62,865 bases of DNA, filler included, from Globobulimina sp. (GCA_003354225.1; 35 parts of 35 records of this genome joined end to end with filler, not necessarily neighbours in it); one strand, 5' to 3'. Positions 1 through 12,501 are shown, numbered from the whole stretch's first letter. Program-made: numbers and translations. Notes: generated by a model not told the origin, from the letters alone.

Positions 1-373
1 ACAAATATAGCATATTAGCATTTTGAAATTGGAAAATATTGCATTAATATGACATTAATATGATGAGCGAGCATTAATACTGCAAAATATTGCATTAATA
101 TCGCATTAATATGAATGCTTTCTTAAATACCTTATTTATTTATCACATTTTGGTAAACGAAATGAAGAAAATGTACATAAATTATGCATCGGATTTATGT
201 TTGATTTGTTATTTGATAAATATGTGACTGCTCTTGATATCTACAGGAAATTTGTAAATTTGACCATGGCCTTTTGGTGTAATTTGAAATGTATTCGAAA
301 TATTATCACATTGTTTACAATTCATCCTTGCACTAAGACAAAAACTTTGTTTTCAAAATACGTGTACGATAAT

Positions 374-1417
374 TTAATCACGAGTTGTTATATTAAAATT
401 GTGCCATTCTGCTGTATCAATGACAGTATCAGCATCAAAGACATGTGTTACCTCCATAGATATTCTTATTAATAATTGAGACTCAAAAATATGACTATTT
501 GGCACATAAAATAATGTCGACGATGCAACAATTTGTTTCCTGAGGCCACCCAGTTTTTCTTCAAACATATAATCCATTTTATTCTCAGCATGCTCTGCTA
601 TCACATTGATAGTGCATTTGAGCATGATATTGGAGATATTATTTGGTAGCTTTAATAACTTTATAAATGTCCGAAATGAGCCATATTTATCAGTGACTCT
701 TCCTTGCGGAATTATAACGATACAAAAACAGCCATTATTAAAATTTGGTGAATAATAACATTGTCCAGAATTGGATGTTTTAAATGCATTCAATAAATCA
801 TTATCTATATTCCATTCATAGTCACATTGTGAATCCATTGATACTTTATTCATATTGTAATTATTTATGCTTTTTAGTTTATCACTTTTGTATTTTAATT
901 TAATATCAATCAGTTCTGCATAACAACAAAATGTAATCGATTTATAATCCAAATATTGCTGAAGTTTCATATTATATCTAAACCACCCGGTTCTTTTTCC
1001 ATTTGTGCGCCGTAAATATTTTAAAGTGATGGCTTTTTTCCATGCAATCCGTGCAACGGAACAAAATAAATGAGCGTAAATAGTAAACTGTATAATAGCG
1101 GGTGGTAATATATCTTGTAATAATTGCAACTATACAATGATATCTCCTTCATTCGAACTGTTGATGCAACGATTTAGATATGCTATCAATTGAAATGGAA
1201 TGCTAATTACATTAAATGTTGGTCCATTCAATAATTCATCATGTTTGCTCTCAAAAAATTCTTGCAATGCTTTACCTGTCAATGTCCAATCGATAATATC
1301 ATTGTAATACTTATAACACAATTTTTCAAGATCAATTGGAACAAAAATAACAATATTTTGCCGAATATATCCACAGACCAATGCATTCCGTTGAGCTGGA
1401 AATAGCAGACGGCTCAT
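374..1417 (-). pseudogene. Protein with two MATH/TRAF-like repeats, interrupted by an in-frame TAG at 1130-1132
   Basis: ORFs 1130..1417 and 374..1129 share a frame and are separated by one TAG (GDIIV*LQLL). Two similar blocks are present (DWTLTG..FF..GPTF and EWNIDN..AF..SPNF). Domain identity is tentative. Confidence 0.55.
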
Positions 1418-1455
1418 TTTCTAAGCAGATTTGCAGACTGTTTTCTACCTTAAAC

Positions 1456-1701
1456 ATGGGAAATTTCATGGGTAACTTAATGGGTAATTTCATGCCGTGC
1501 AATCCTCGTGGTTCTCATCCAACCGTCAAGTATAAGCATAAAGTGATTACAACAGATCCAGCGCCAGTTGCTACCATCAACAGTAAATCCTCAATTGATG
1601 AAAAAACAGGTCAACCACTGATTGATATTGTTCATGCAGCGGATATGGAAGATTTGTATCCAAAAATACAAAACAAAATCCGTACAAAAACAATACAAGC
1701 A
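1456..1701 (+). CDS. Unknown protein, 5' part; begins MGNFMGNLMGNFMPC
   Basis: ATG at 1456, reading frame open to the contig end, divergent from the gene starting at 1417. Confidence 0.5.
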
Positions 1702-1801
1702 NNNNNNNNNNNNNNNNNNNNNNNNNNNNNNNNNNNNNNNNNNNNTTAATTAATTAANNNNNNNNNNNNNNNNNNNNNNNNNNNNNNNNNNNNNNNNNNN
1801 N
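1702..1801. other. Artificial contig linker (N44-TTAATTAATTAA-N44), first of 34 spaced about 1.8 kb apart
   Basis: The identical 100-nt spacer, with stops in all six frames, recurs throughout. Contig lengths fall from about 1701 to 1698 nt, consistent with size-sorted concatenation. Confidence 0.99.
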
Positions 1802-1808
1802 TAGCAAT

Positions 1809-3278
1809 ATGATTTCTTGTAGGTTGATAGTGTTTATTATATTGGTGTCAGTATCTTGCAAAACAATAGATTTAACATTGTCTGTTTCAAGCACTGATAT
1901 AATACGAAAACTGCCAGAAACATTCATTGGATTTAACCTTGATTATTGGGAGAATAATGAACAACACTTTGGCAATTCATCCATACCATATATTGACTTT
2001 TCAAATAAGAATTTAATTGCTTTAACATCAGCACTACAACCAGCGGTATTGCGTATTGGTGGAAGTGGCGAAGACTCAGTCATTTATAACATATCCAATG
2101 AATGCAATGAACCATGGAAATGGAACATCTCTGCTTCGTATTATTGCTCTGAAGTACATCCACCAAATTATTACTGTTTAACCAAAACTCGCTGGAAACA
2201 AATATTTGACTTTTTAGATGCTACAAATTTGAAATTAGTATTCTGATTAAATGCATGTTATGGTAGAAAAAGCAAAGAGGAACAAATGGATCTCAGTAAT
2301 ATCGATTCTTTATTATATTACACTGGAACATCAAACCATACATTAAATATATCGCGTTTGTATGGTTTTGAATTTGGTAATGGTATGGCTGGCAGTATAG
2401 ATTCACAAATATATTCATATGATTTTATAAGGATGAATACTTTGATAAATACATACTTTGCTAATTCTACAAATACAGTGCCAGTATCCATTGGTACTGA
2501 CAATCAATATAAAAACACGGAATATATCGAACAAGTATTAAATATGTCGAATGAAAGCATGAATATAGTAAATTATCATCAATATACCAACTGTCAGCAA
2601 CAGAAACAATATGTATTTGACAAAGATTGCTTAGCTGATATTACTTTAGTACCAGCACAATATGGCGAGATATTAAACAATGCACATCAAATAAACACGA
2701 CACTGATGGTTGGCGAATTAGCATTGGATCATTCTGGAGGACAGGACGGTGCATCCAATGTATTTGTGAGCAGTTTTTATTATATGTATCAATTAGCAGA
2801 ATTAGCAAAAGTGAATGATATGAACTTAGTACAAAGACAAACTTTAAGCGGTGGTTGGTATGGTTTATTGTCAAACAATAACAGTTTTATTCCAATGCCT
2901 GATTACTGGATACTTTATTTATGGAGAAAGTTTATTGGAAGTAATGTGTTGCAAACTTCGTTAACAAAGAATCAAAATGTTACTGGGTATGCATTTGACG
3001 GAAAAATGGACAAAGATATTGTTATTATTTTAATAAATTTTAGTGATGGAATTGCTGCCAATGTTGAATTGGAAGTAAATGGAGGTTTAGATATTAATGC
3101 ATATACATATCAGGAATATCATATGAATGGACCTTTAGATTCAGAAACGGCATACATTAATAACAAGCCTTTATTGTATCACGATGGTAAATTTCCAACA
3201 TTGGCAGCAAAATCTGGTGATGGCAATGTTGTGGTTGCGCCTGCCACCATTGTATGGATTCTATGTGTTCCACAATAA
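1809..3278 (+). pseudogene. Heparanase-like glycoside hydrolase family 79 with signal peptide; in-frame TGA at 2244-2246
   Basis: Motifs FIGFNLDYW, LQPAVLRIGGS, LVF*LNA (family LVFGLNA), VGE, VQRQTLSGGWYGLL and PMPDYW. Both ORFs are in one frame. Confidence 0.85.
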
Positions 3279-3819
3279 CCGTTCGAGTGGTGAGTGGTTG
3301 TCTTAATTTCATCTTTGTTCTGTTCTACGGTCACGGTTTTATTTAATTGCAATGCGACAAAACTACGTGATGGCCCGCCATGGTCCTAGATGTCCAAACT
3401 GCTGTTTTTTCCAGCCAGAAAACTGTGTCAATGTCAAAGTTTTATTATGTTTACGCGGTATATCGGTTACACGCATCTCTTTATGCTCATTTTGCCCAAA
3501 TNNNNNNNNNNNNNNNNNNNNNNNNNNNNNNNNNNNNNNNNNNNNTTAATTAATTAANNNNNNNNNNNNNNNNNNNNNNNNNNNNNNNNNNNNNNNNNNN
3601 NGAACGTGAATTTACGGTGAAATAAGGCAAAAAGATGTAAATTTTCGATTTTTTTAGCTATTTCTTAACAATTTTTAGTTTTTTCAGTTAGAAAAGATAT
3701 TATCAGCTTGTTTTTTGCAGTGCTTAAAAAGAAATAGGCTAGAAATATACCTTTTTGGATAAATAAAGTTGAACGTGGCATTTTTAAGTATTAAATAACA
3801 CACAATATTTGCATTTTTT

Positions 3820-3947
3820 AGCGCAAAACAGTGCAAAATTATGATTTTCTTCGCGAATTAGCGCGAAATTTTGAATCTTTTGACGCGAAACAGCGCGAAA
3901 ACTAACATTCTTCTAACGCGAATTAGCGCGAAAAACTACTAGCCCTA
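3820..3947. repeat. Cluster of CGCGAA motifs ending in ACTAGCCCTA; possible hAT-like transposon end
   Basis: About six (G/A/T)CGCGAA units in an AT-rich background. The reverse complement of the end reads TAGGGCTAGT. No partner end is visible. Confidence 0.35.
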
Positions 3948-4132
3948 GTTATTGCCAACCAAATAATAAATTAATTAGGTATAGTACAATGTAACTGTAA
4001 AGGTTGTTATTGAAATGGTCCCCTGAATCTACAATACAATCCATAGGTGATCACGAGGGGTTTGGGGGGGTTTTGGTCAAAAACTGTCATTTTTTGGTAG
4101 AAAAACGTTAAATTTTCGCCAAAACGGCTATT

Positions 4133-4941
4133 TTATAACATTTTTGGACCAAATAACGACTTTTTGGTCGATTTTGGGCCAATTTTGCAAAAATCATTGA
4201 AATAGTGGAACTTATTACCGATTTTCGTAGATTCTCCCACTTTCTCTTCTGCTTTACCACCGGTCGTCATCAATGAGTCGATGGAATTTCGAGATGCGGC
4301 AATACTGTTTTGCATTTTATCGACAATGGATCTGCATTCATCTCCTAATTGCCCCATCGTGTCAGCCGCTTTGTCCGTTTCGGTGATGTAATCGGCAGCG
4401 ATCTTCAACTGACGTTCATACATATCAGCACGATGCTTTTCTGCAGCCAATTCTAATTTGAGCGATTTGATTTGGTTTCTCAACTCTGTTTGAATAGCAT
4501 TCCTGAAATAATGTAATAATAATGCATTCCTGAAATAATGTAATAAATTTGTAGTGTTCAACCCTTCTGATACTTCCGATTCCGTTTCAACTGCTTCGTT
4601 GCTTTCACCAGCTTTCAAAAAGACTCGACTTTCGTCGATTTCATAATCCTGAAAACCATTATATTTTCAATATAAACAAACATTAAGAAAACATTCAGAT
4701 TTACCATCAATTTTTCTCTGTCAACCTTTCGATCACAGTACCAAACACCCCTGTACACCCAACTGAATGTGCGTAAATCAAATTTTCTGTCTGACAGTTT
4801 GCATTTGGAAAATCCACCCATTTCCGGTTCAGGGTACAGAATGGTGGTGTCGATTTTCACTGGATTGAGAGTAAAGCGTGGGTGTCGCGCTCCGTACATA
4901 ATGTGTGGGACTTGGCAAAAAATGTTCGGATCACATCTTCT
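4133..4941 (-). CDS. Spliced unknown protein with coiled coil (partial)
   Basis: Intron 4704-4649 (GTAAAT..TTTCAG) joins ORFs 4615..4899 and 4133..4618 in frame (KLM|DYEIDESRVFLKAGES). Confidence 0.5.
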
Positions 4942-5425
4942 CTATAACAAACAATATTTCAATGAACACTTCACTTAATCGTTAATCAACATTTTGGCAA
5001 ATATTAACCCGTTTTTCCTCTTTTTCCCCCCCCCCCCCCCCCCCAGGACCGTAGTCTCTTGGCGATCCGACCTCCGAATCGGGAGATACGGTATCCGAAA
5101 GTGCGGGAACGACCAAATTTTACGGAAATTGTTATAAAATTTTATTGAGATGTGCGTTCGGGCTGAAATTTTGTTGGTAGTTAGAAGACCCATAGGGGAA
5201 CATAATATCCTTCGGTTTTTGGTAGGCGATCGCGGAATCGGCGAAATCTCCGAATTTCCGAATGTCAACCCGATTGCCCAATTTCGACTTTTAATCCATC
5301 TNNNNNNNNNNNNNNNNNNNNNNNNNNNNNNNNNNNNNNNNNNNNTTAATTAATTAANNNNNNNNNNNNNNNNNNNNNNNNNNNNNNNNNNNNNNNNNNN
5401 NACATGTACAAAAACGGATTCATAC

Positions 5426-5596
5426 TTTATGACTTTCATCATGTATTCTTTGCTCCCATCCTGCCAGTTTGGATAGAATGGTTTCAATTGTTTTTGAATC
5501 TGAACTTGGTGTGTTTTGTGTATTTAGTGATTGTTCCTCTCCATCGGTGTGATGTTCTGTTCGTACATCTGAAGAACAGTTCAATTCGTTACCCAT
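5426..5596 (-). CDS. First exon of an unknown protein, MGNELNCSS... (possibly myristoylated)
   Basis: 57 open codons from an ATG, ending at an AAA|GTATGA donor. Not in the ORF track. Confidence 0.4.
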
Positions 5597-5952
5597 GATT
5601 TCAAGTCAACGCTGTCCACTGCGAAAGTTTTGCTTTGCCAAAAAAACATCAACAATCACTGAAATACATCCAAAATAATTATAATTGTCATATTTTTTCT
5701 CTTAATGATAAAAAAATATAATTAAAAAAACAAAATACAAAATACATTCTACACAACAACAAACAATTTTCACTTTAATTCACCAAACAAAAATGCATAT
5801 ATTTAAACAACATTCCATTCAATGAATAACAACCTATACAATATTAACAGACCCAAAAAAAAACGAAAAAATAGAAATAATAATATACGTATAACCTTAA
5901 AAAAAATATTCCAAACAAAAAAAACCAAAAAAAAAGGCTTCAAAGCAACTTT

Positions 5953-7101
5953 TCAATCATCCTGTTCCTCATAATATTCATCATCATATTCCAAAGCATT
6001 ATAATCACCATCAATAAATCCGGCAGTTTCCATACCATCCTCCGCTTCATACAGCCCATCATCGTTTTGCTGATTCCCCTCAATGACTATACTATCATTA
6101 ATAAGCGACCTCGAAGCCTGCTTCTCTGATATTTTCGAGGTACGAACCATACCAATTTCATATCCACTTTTATAATAATCTTCGTCATGCATAGTATCCA
6201 ATAACTCGTCAGACTCCGATTCAAAATCCCCGCCTTGGCCACGGGTCTCCATCTCCTTTATAACATCGTCCATCATCATATCATTTCCGATCACCACATT
6301 CTCCAAATTATTATTAAAGGTCAGGCCTCTGTCACGTCGTATTAATATATCAGAAACTACTGCATTATCAGACTCATCATCACCTTGTACATAAAAAAAA
6401 CGTTTTTATAATTTTGTGTGTGCCTAAATTAGCACAGTGTGTGTATAACATACCAGTGGCAGTCACAGGACTGCTTATATTGCGACTAAAATCAACCGAA
6501 TTATTCACAATCTTAGACCTCCCATTTTTATCTGCATCGTTCCCGTACACGTGGTCGCTATACAGCTCATTGGGCGGAGACATAGTATCCACAGCATCCA
6601 CACCGTCATACTCTTTCACACAGACCTCTGACTTGGCATTTCCCTCTCTGTGGTTCATCAGCACTATAAATAAAACCAGAACACACACGCATATCAATGC
6701 TAGTGATAGCGCACCAATAATAAACAATAGCCTATCACTCCAAGTCACTCCTTTTCCTGCTCCATGCAGCATTATAATACTACCATTCATTGAGGTGGAC
6801 GTATACGTAGCAAATGTGCTCGGGGTTTGTGTGGGTGGCAGTGTCACCTCCAATGGTGCTTCAATACGAGTACTAACACTGGGCAAATGCGATGGGTACA
6901 ATGTAGGTGTAATACTAGGGTATAAGCTAGGCGATGTTGTCACATTATGGCGTGTTGGTGATACAGTGGTTGGATATGAACTAGGCTGTATACTTGGTGG
7001 TGTACTTGGGGTACGCCAGTAGTTGTTGTCATTGGTAGTATTCGGCTGGGTAGCTCCCCAGGGTTTTTCTTCGTTGTCAGCGTCGGTGTTCATGTTGTCG
7101 G
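5953..7101 (-). CDS. Type I membrane protein: Pro/Thr/Ser stalk, TM helix, acidic tail (partial, spliced)
   Basis: PSxxPT repeats, hydrophobic LLFIIGALSLALICVCVLVLFIVL, and an intron G|GTATGT..ACAAG linking to the acidic exon. Confidence 0.65.
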
Positions 7102-7201
7102 NNNNNNNNNNNNNNNNNNNNNNNNNNNNNNNNNNNNNNNNNNNNTTAATTAATTAANNNNNNNNNNNNNNNNNNNNNNNNNNNNNNNNNNNNNNNNNNN
7201 N

Positions 7202-7538
7202 CAGTTTTTATCCATTTGGGATGTTGCTTTTCCGTATTTAGATCCCAGTTTCTTGATAATTTTATTCAGTTTGCTCTTTTGTATACTATCATATGAATGA
7301 GTATCTTTAAAAGAACCTCTTCGAGCCTTACCAATCGCGGTGCGGATAGCTGATACAAAATTAGCCACTCTAGAAACTAACACCTCAAAACAAGAATATG
7401 TATATATTAATTACCTGATACAATAACTACATCATCGTCATTGGGTGGTGATAAATATGAGGAGACGGAGGATGCCCGGATGTTTTTAGCATTGTATTTT
7501 GTGTTTAATTGGTTCGCGATATGAGTTATTCTATTCAT
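7202..7538 (-). CDS. Peroxisomal 3-ketoacyl-CoA thiolase, 5' part, with PTS2
   Basis: Spliced translation (intron 7414-7350) gives MNRITHIANQL..PNDDDVVIVSAIRTAIGKARRGSFKDTH. RITHIANQL fits the PTS2 pattern R[LI]x5[HQ]L. Similarity is lost after KDTH. Confidence 0.85.
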
Positions 7539-7597
7539 TGAGGATGTACGTCGATCAGTTCAGTAAATAAAAAGTTTATATATACATAAGCTTCACC

Positions 7598-8844
7598 ATG
7601 GAATTAAGCGTAGAAGCAGATAATACCACCATTTTGAATCTAGTCGTTGTGTTTTGCATCCTAGCAGCTTTAACATGTGGCACAGACCTGGAACAATTGA
7701 AAAATAGAATAAAAAAACCAAAAGGAGTGAGTATAGGCTTACTATGTCAGTTTGGAATCCTACCCGCGACTGCTTTTGTGATTGCTTATATATTGGAAGA
7801 GTTATTTGAGGACTTTTCGCAACCACAGGGAGTTGCATTGATCATATTAGGCTCATGTCCAGGTGGCAATGTCTCAAATATATTTTGTTTTTTATGGAAT
7901 GCAGATTTATCACTCAGCATTGCTATGACCACCGCGTCATCACTCTGTTCATTTGCATTTCTTACTGTAAATTGCGCTATTTATATACCAATGTATTCTA
8001 AAGGTACAAAACTGCAAATTGTATTTCTTTATTTCGATGGATCTTAACTTGAAAATGAAAACGTTTCCAAGCTAGAGATCCATGTGAAACGTTATTACAA
8101 TGTGCTTAAAAAATGATTTGTTTCAAAGGAGACACAGTGAAAATGGATTATGAATTATTAGCATTTTCTGTAGGAATGGTAATATTTGGTATTTGCGTAG
8201 GTTTTATCGTGGCTTATTATGATAATAAAACAATGAAGAAAATACTTGGAGTGGGAGGTGTGTTTGCGACTTGTTACATGATTTGGAGAGCATTATTTGA
8301 CAATGCAACCGGTACAGCACCAATTTGGACATTATCATGGCAAATATGGGTAGCTCCAATATCATTATGCAGTGTTGCATGGATATTCTCATTAATAATA
8401 GCAATAATGTTTAAATTACCTAACAAATCTGTATTGAGTGTGTGCTTTGAAAGTGGGAATCAAAACAGTGTCTTAGCCATAGCGATAATATATTTAACGT
8501 TGGATAAATATGATGATACTGACATTCATTTAGCGATAGGTATTCCCATTTTGAGCACAATTATTGCAATATTGTTTAGTGCCATAGGTGGCCTCATCGC
8601 AAGTCAATTAAAATGGGTTCATTGTAAATATGAGGAGGATATACGTGATGGTGATAACACGTTGACATTAAGTGTTTTGATTTATAGATATAAACAATGG
8701 AGAGAAAGTAAAAAAAATATGCAATTATTAAGCAAATACGATGCTGATTACGGTGGCACAAAATTAAATGTTGTTGGTCATGATAATGAAATATTAATAG
8801 AAACTATAGCTAATAGTGATGAACAACAAACACACAATCTGTGA
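7598..8844 (+). CDS. Bile acid:sodium symporter family (BASS/SLC10) transporter
   Basis: Motifs GLLCQFGILP, GSCPGGNVSN, ADLSLSIAMT and ESGNQNS. Intron 8004-8128 restores the frame (SKG|DTV). Confidence 0.9.
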
Positions 8845-9001
8845 TCCAATCATTATTTTAACTTTTATTTCATCTCTATATACATATAAAAAAATAGCAT
8901 GNNNNNNNNNNNNNNNNNNNNNNNNNNNNNNNNNNNNNNNNNNNNTTAATTAATTAANNNNNNNNNNNNNNNNNNNNNNNNNNNNNNNNNNNNNNNNNNN
9001 N

Positions 9002-10701
9002 AAGCAAATTCAAAAAAGCAATAAAAGCCATTCAATCGCAAAGTGATGAAAAAGAAGAACAAAAAGTATGTGCATCACATGATATATATACATATTAAAC
9101 GACAAACAACCTACGTACGCTTTTTCAGCAACATAACGAACCCGCTCAAATTGCGAAACCAGTTAAACCAAAACGCAATTTACGAGGCGTAGTGTTGGTG
9201 CCATGCACAAAGTATGATATAATATTTATTTTATATAAAATATATAATATGCTGAGTATATGTACTATATACAATGTATAGAATGGAATATAAAGCACCA
9301 CGCAGAGCACAAAGTGCAGCGAGCATTGTTAAAACTGTCACAACTTCTTTCTTTTCATATGACACCAAAAAACCACAACAATTAAATACGCGTAAAGTGC
9401 AAAGGAGAGTTTTTAAAGCACCACAACATCGAATAATTGGCTCAACGAATAACAAAGTTATTATGATAGTGGGTCAAACTGGCGCTGGCAAAACAACATT
9501 GATTAATTCTATGATGAATTTTATTTACGGTGTGGAATATGCAGATCCCTATCGATTTAGATTAATTCAAGAAAAAGAAAAAAAAGAAGCGGAAAGTCAA
9601 ACCGATCATGTTTCAACATATCATATCAAACACGAGGATGGCTGGAGAATTCCATACGATTTAACTATTATAGATACGCCAGGCTTTGGTATAGGGGGAA
9701 TTGAGAAAGATAAGCAAATTACAGCTGATATTAGATTTTTTTTCGAGAAAATATTAGACGGCATAGACGGTGTATGTTTTGTGGTCAAATCAACCTACTG
9801 TGTATTCAATAATGCATTCAATAATGTATTGAATTTATGGGCAAAAGGTATTATAATTAAATTCAGAGAATGTAATCGATTCAGGGAATCACATAATATA
9901 AAAAATATTTTTTCGTTCAAAATTTGATTTGCTTACCTTCTCTGAAAGATTTATTGGAAAATATATTTGTTTTATTGACATTTTGTGATGGTTCAAGACC
10001 TCCGGTATTGGACGCATTGGCACAACATCAAACATTAAGACATTGCAAAGTATTTAGATTAAATAATTCTGTATATTCTGAAGATCCAACTCACCGTAAA
10101 CCACTCGAAGATGATTCATTTGATCAAATGTTTTGGGCGATGGGCACCAAATGTTTTGATGATTTCTTTAAATCATTACATACAACAAAATCTATTAATG
10201 AATGTCGCGAAGTACTTAAACAAAGAGAAGCAATTCAAGTTCAAATTGAACATATTTCCAACAGTGTTGACAATGCAGTATCAAATCAGCAAAATATTGC
10301 TGAGCAGGAACGTTTACTTAAAGCCAATAAACAAAAAATCAATCAAAATACAGAAGTATTCCATGAAGTAACTGAAGAAAAATGGGTGCGAAAACCCTCA
10401 ACGAGTTCGATTATAAACTGTTTCGATTGTCGCCATGGCCATAAAACATGTTGTAAAGGATGTAAAGCGAATGATCACAGTCCATATACGTGTTATGTGA
10501 TGAATGGTGATAATGTTTGCGATGTTTGTGGTTGTGATGCGCGTTCACATCGAAATGCATCTTATTATTATGAATGGCCAACATTTACTAAACGAGTAAG
10601 TGACTGGGATTGGATTCCACAAAAAGAGCAACATGCTCGGAGATTGATATTAAAAAAAGCTCAATTAGGTGTATCCAAATCAGAAATGATATTAAAAAAC
10701 T
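9002..10701 (+). CDS. Septin/AIG1-like P-loop GTPase with coiled coil and Cys-rich region (partial, 3 introns)
   Basis: GQTGAGKT and IIDTPGFG motifs. Intron 9848-9948 gives WAK|DLLENIFVLLTFCDG. CxxC clusters lie downstream. Confidence 0.8.
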
Positions 10702-11115
10702 NNNNNNNNNNNNNNNNNNNNNNNNNNNNNNNNNNNNNNNNNNNNTTAATTAATTAANNNNNNNNNNNNNNNNNNNNNNNNNNNNNNNNNNNNNNNNNNN
10801 NCCCGGACCTCACGAAAAGGCCTTGTCATGGCGTTTTGTTTCTTTGTAACCAAAAAAAAATTAAAAAACGAGTGGAGAAAAAAAAAAAAAAAAACGAGTA
10901 AGATTGGAGAAAAAAATTAAAAAAACGAGTGGAGAAAAAAAATGCAAAACCACAGCAGTTGGCTAAAGTTCTTAAATTCGAAAAATATTTGCCTCAAACA
11001 GACATTTCTGGAAACTCTAGTTTGCGGCAAATATATTTCGAGTTATGTCGTTTCACCCAATTGCTGTAAATTTGATATTATTGAAAGCAAAATATATATA
11101 TAGATAAACTTGAAA

Positions 11116-12501
11116 TTACTTAATGCAGAATCGATCATCGTCGTCATCATCAGCAGCAGAAATAATATGATTGCAATCGGCTGGTTTCACAGTATAAGCA
11201 TCGTCGCACTCAGTGTCGAAACTTGTTGTTTTATCCTTCAACGTTGGAGCAAAAATCATTTCTGTTGTAGCATTATCTGCTTTTTTATTTTTTTTCTTAT
11301 ACCATTTATAAATAAATACAAAGAAACTGATCATTGCCATCACAAATACACAAAATACAATGGCCGCAATAATTTTCATGCCACCACTTAAATAATGTCC
11401 ATCGACATGCTTTTCTAAGAATAATTGCAATTTGGTATCAATTTGCAGGTTGAATCTATCCTTAAATTGAGTTTCAAAGCCATTCATCACTGAATCCAAT
11501 GACATTGTATTAATTTCATCGTAAATAGCATCATTATTAGTAATTATTGTCATTGATGCATTGCCGCTGTGATTGGATTGTAACAACAGCCTTCTTTGGT
11601 ACATTTTAGTTTTATCCCATAAACATGGTCCATTGTAACACCTATTTCCATCGACATTTCTCTCTCCGCCAGACACAGACACCTCAATATCACAAACATT
11701 AAACTCAAAAGTTATAAACCATTGCATAAATATTCCATACAGCCAACATTCTATGTCACTAAAATCATAAATAATCCATTCACGAAGCATAAAAACCACA
11801 ACTATACGAATGTCATTTTGATCTTTGTCACAATCATTACATTCTAATTCTTGAGTTGTAGCTATGTGGATTGTTGCGTGAGGAGCGATGGGTGCATATG
11901 TTGCTGATCCATGAATAATAGGTAAATTTTGTAAAGGTATATTAAATATACTGTACAGCATTTTGTGTCTATACATTTACAAAATTTACTGCCATGGTAA
12001 CTGAAGCATGGTTAAGCTAAGTATAAATACCTGGGGCTGGATTTGAAGTAACTAAGCATGAATCAAAATTACTACCAAAATCCCATTCAATTCCGGCCAC
12101 AGTGGACAGTACAACACCATTTGATTGGACAACTTGATTACTACTACTTGTAATTTTAAAATCAACCGAAACTGTAGATGACAAAAAGGGATTATCACCC
12201 ATTTGAAAGGAACAATCACCATTCTCAGTATAACCAGTCACCCATTCACTTGCATGCGATTGTTTGACTTGAACATCTGTACAATCTGTAATCACGCAAC
12301 CAGACACTAACGAGCTCATTATATTCTCGACATACACAGCCCACCACCACACCGGTGCTCCAACAGAGGGCGTTTCCAACGCAAATCCTAAAAAAAAAAA
12401 CTATTTCTGCAAATCTTTACAATGAAAAAAGAGTGCATGCAAAGGTACCTTTTACTTTAACACAAATGTTACCGTCAACACAGCCAGAGCCACCCCCATA
12501 A
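11116..12501 (-). CDS. Single-pass membrane protein with a possible expansin-like (CBM63-type) extracellular domain (partial, spliced)
   Basis: CVDGNICVKVK..WWWAVYVEN..VQVKQSHASEW..DFKITSSSNQVV, plus C-terminal TM IIAAIVFCVFVMAMISFFVFIY. Domain call is tentative. Confidence 0.45.

Noticed and set aside
40-113. GCATTAATA repeats at the window start
   Set aside because: They are short irregular AT-rich repeats cut by the contig edge and cannot be assigned to an element.
1130-2246. Stop-codon reassignment (TGA=Gly, TAG=Tyr/Gln)
   Set aside because: Only isolated cases occur. The TGA is one substitution from the expected GGA. TAA, TAG and TGA all terminate conserved genes here (RPL32, eIF3m, RtcB).
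5026-5045. C20 homopolymer as a G-quadruplex or regulatory element
   Set aside because: It is a simple homopolymer with no supporting context, and its length is unreliable.
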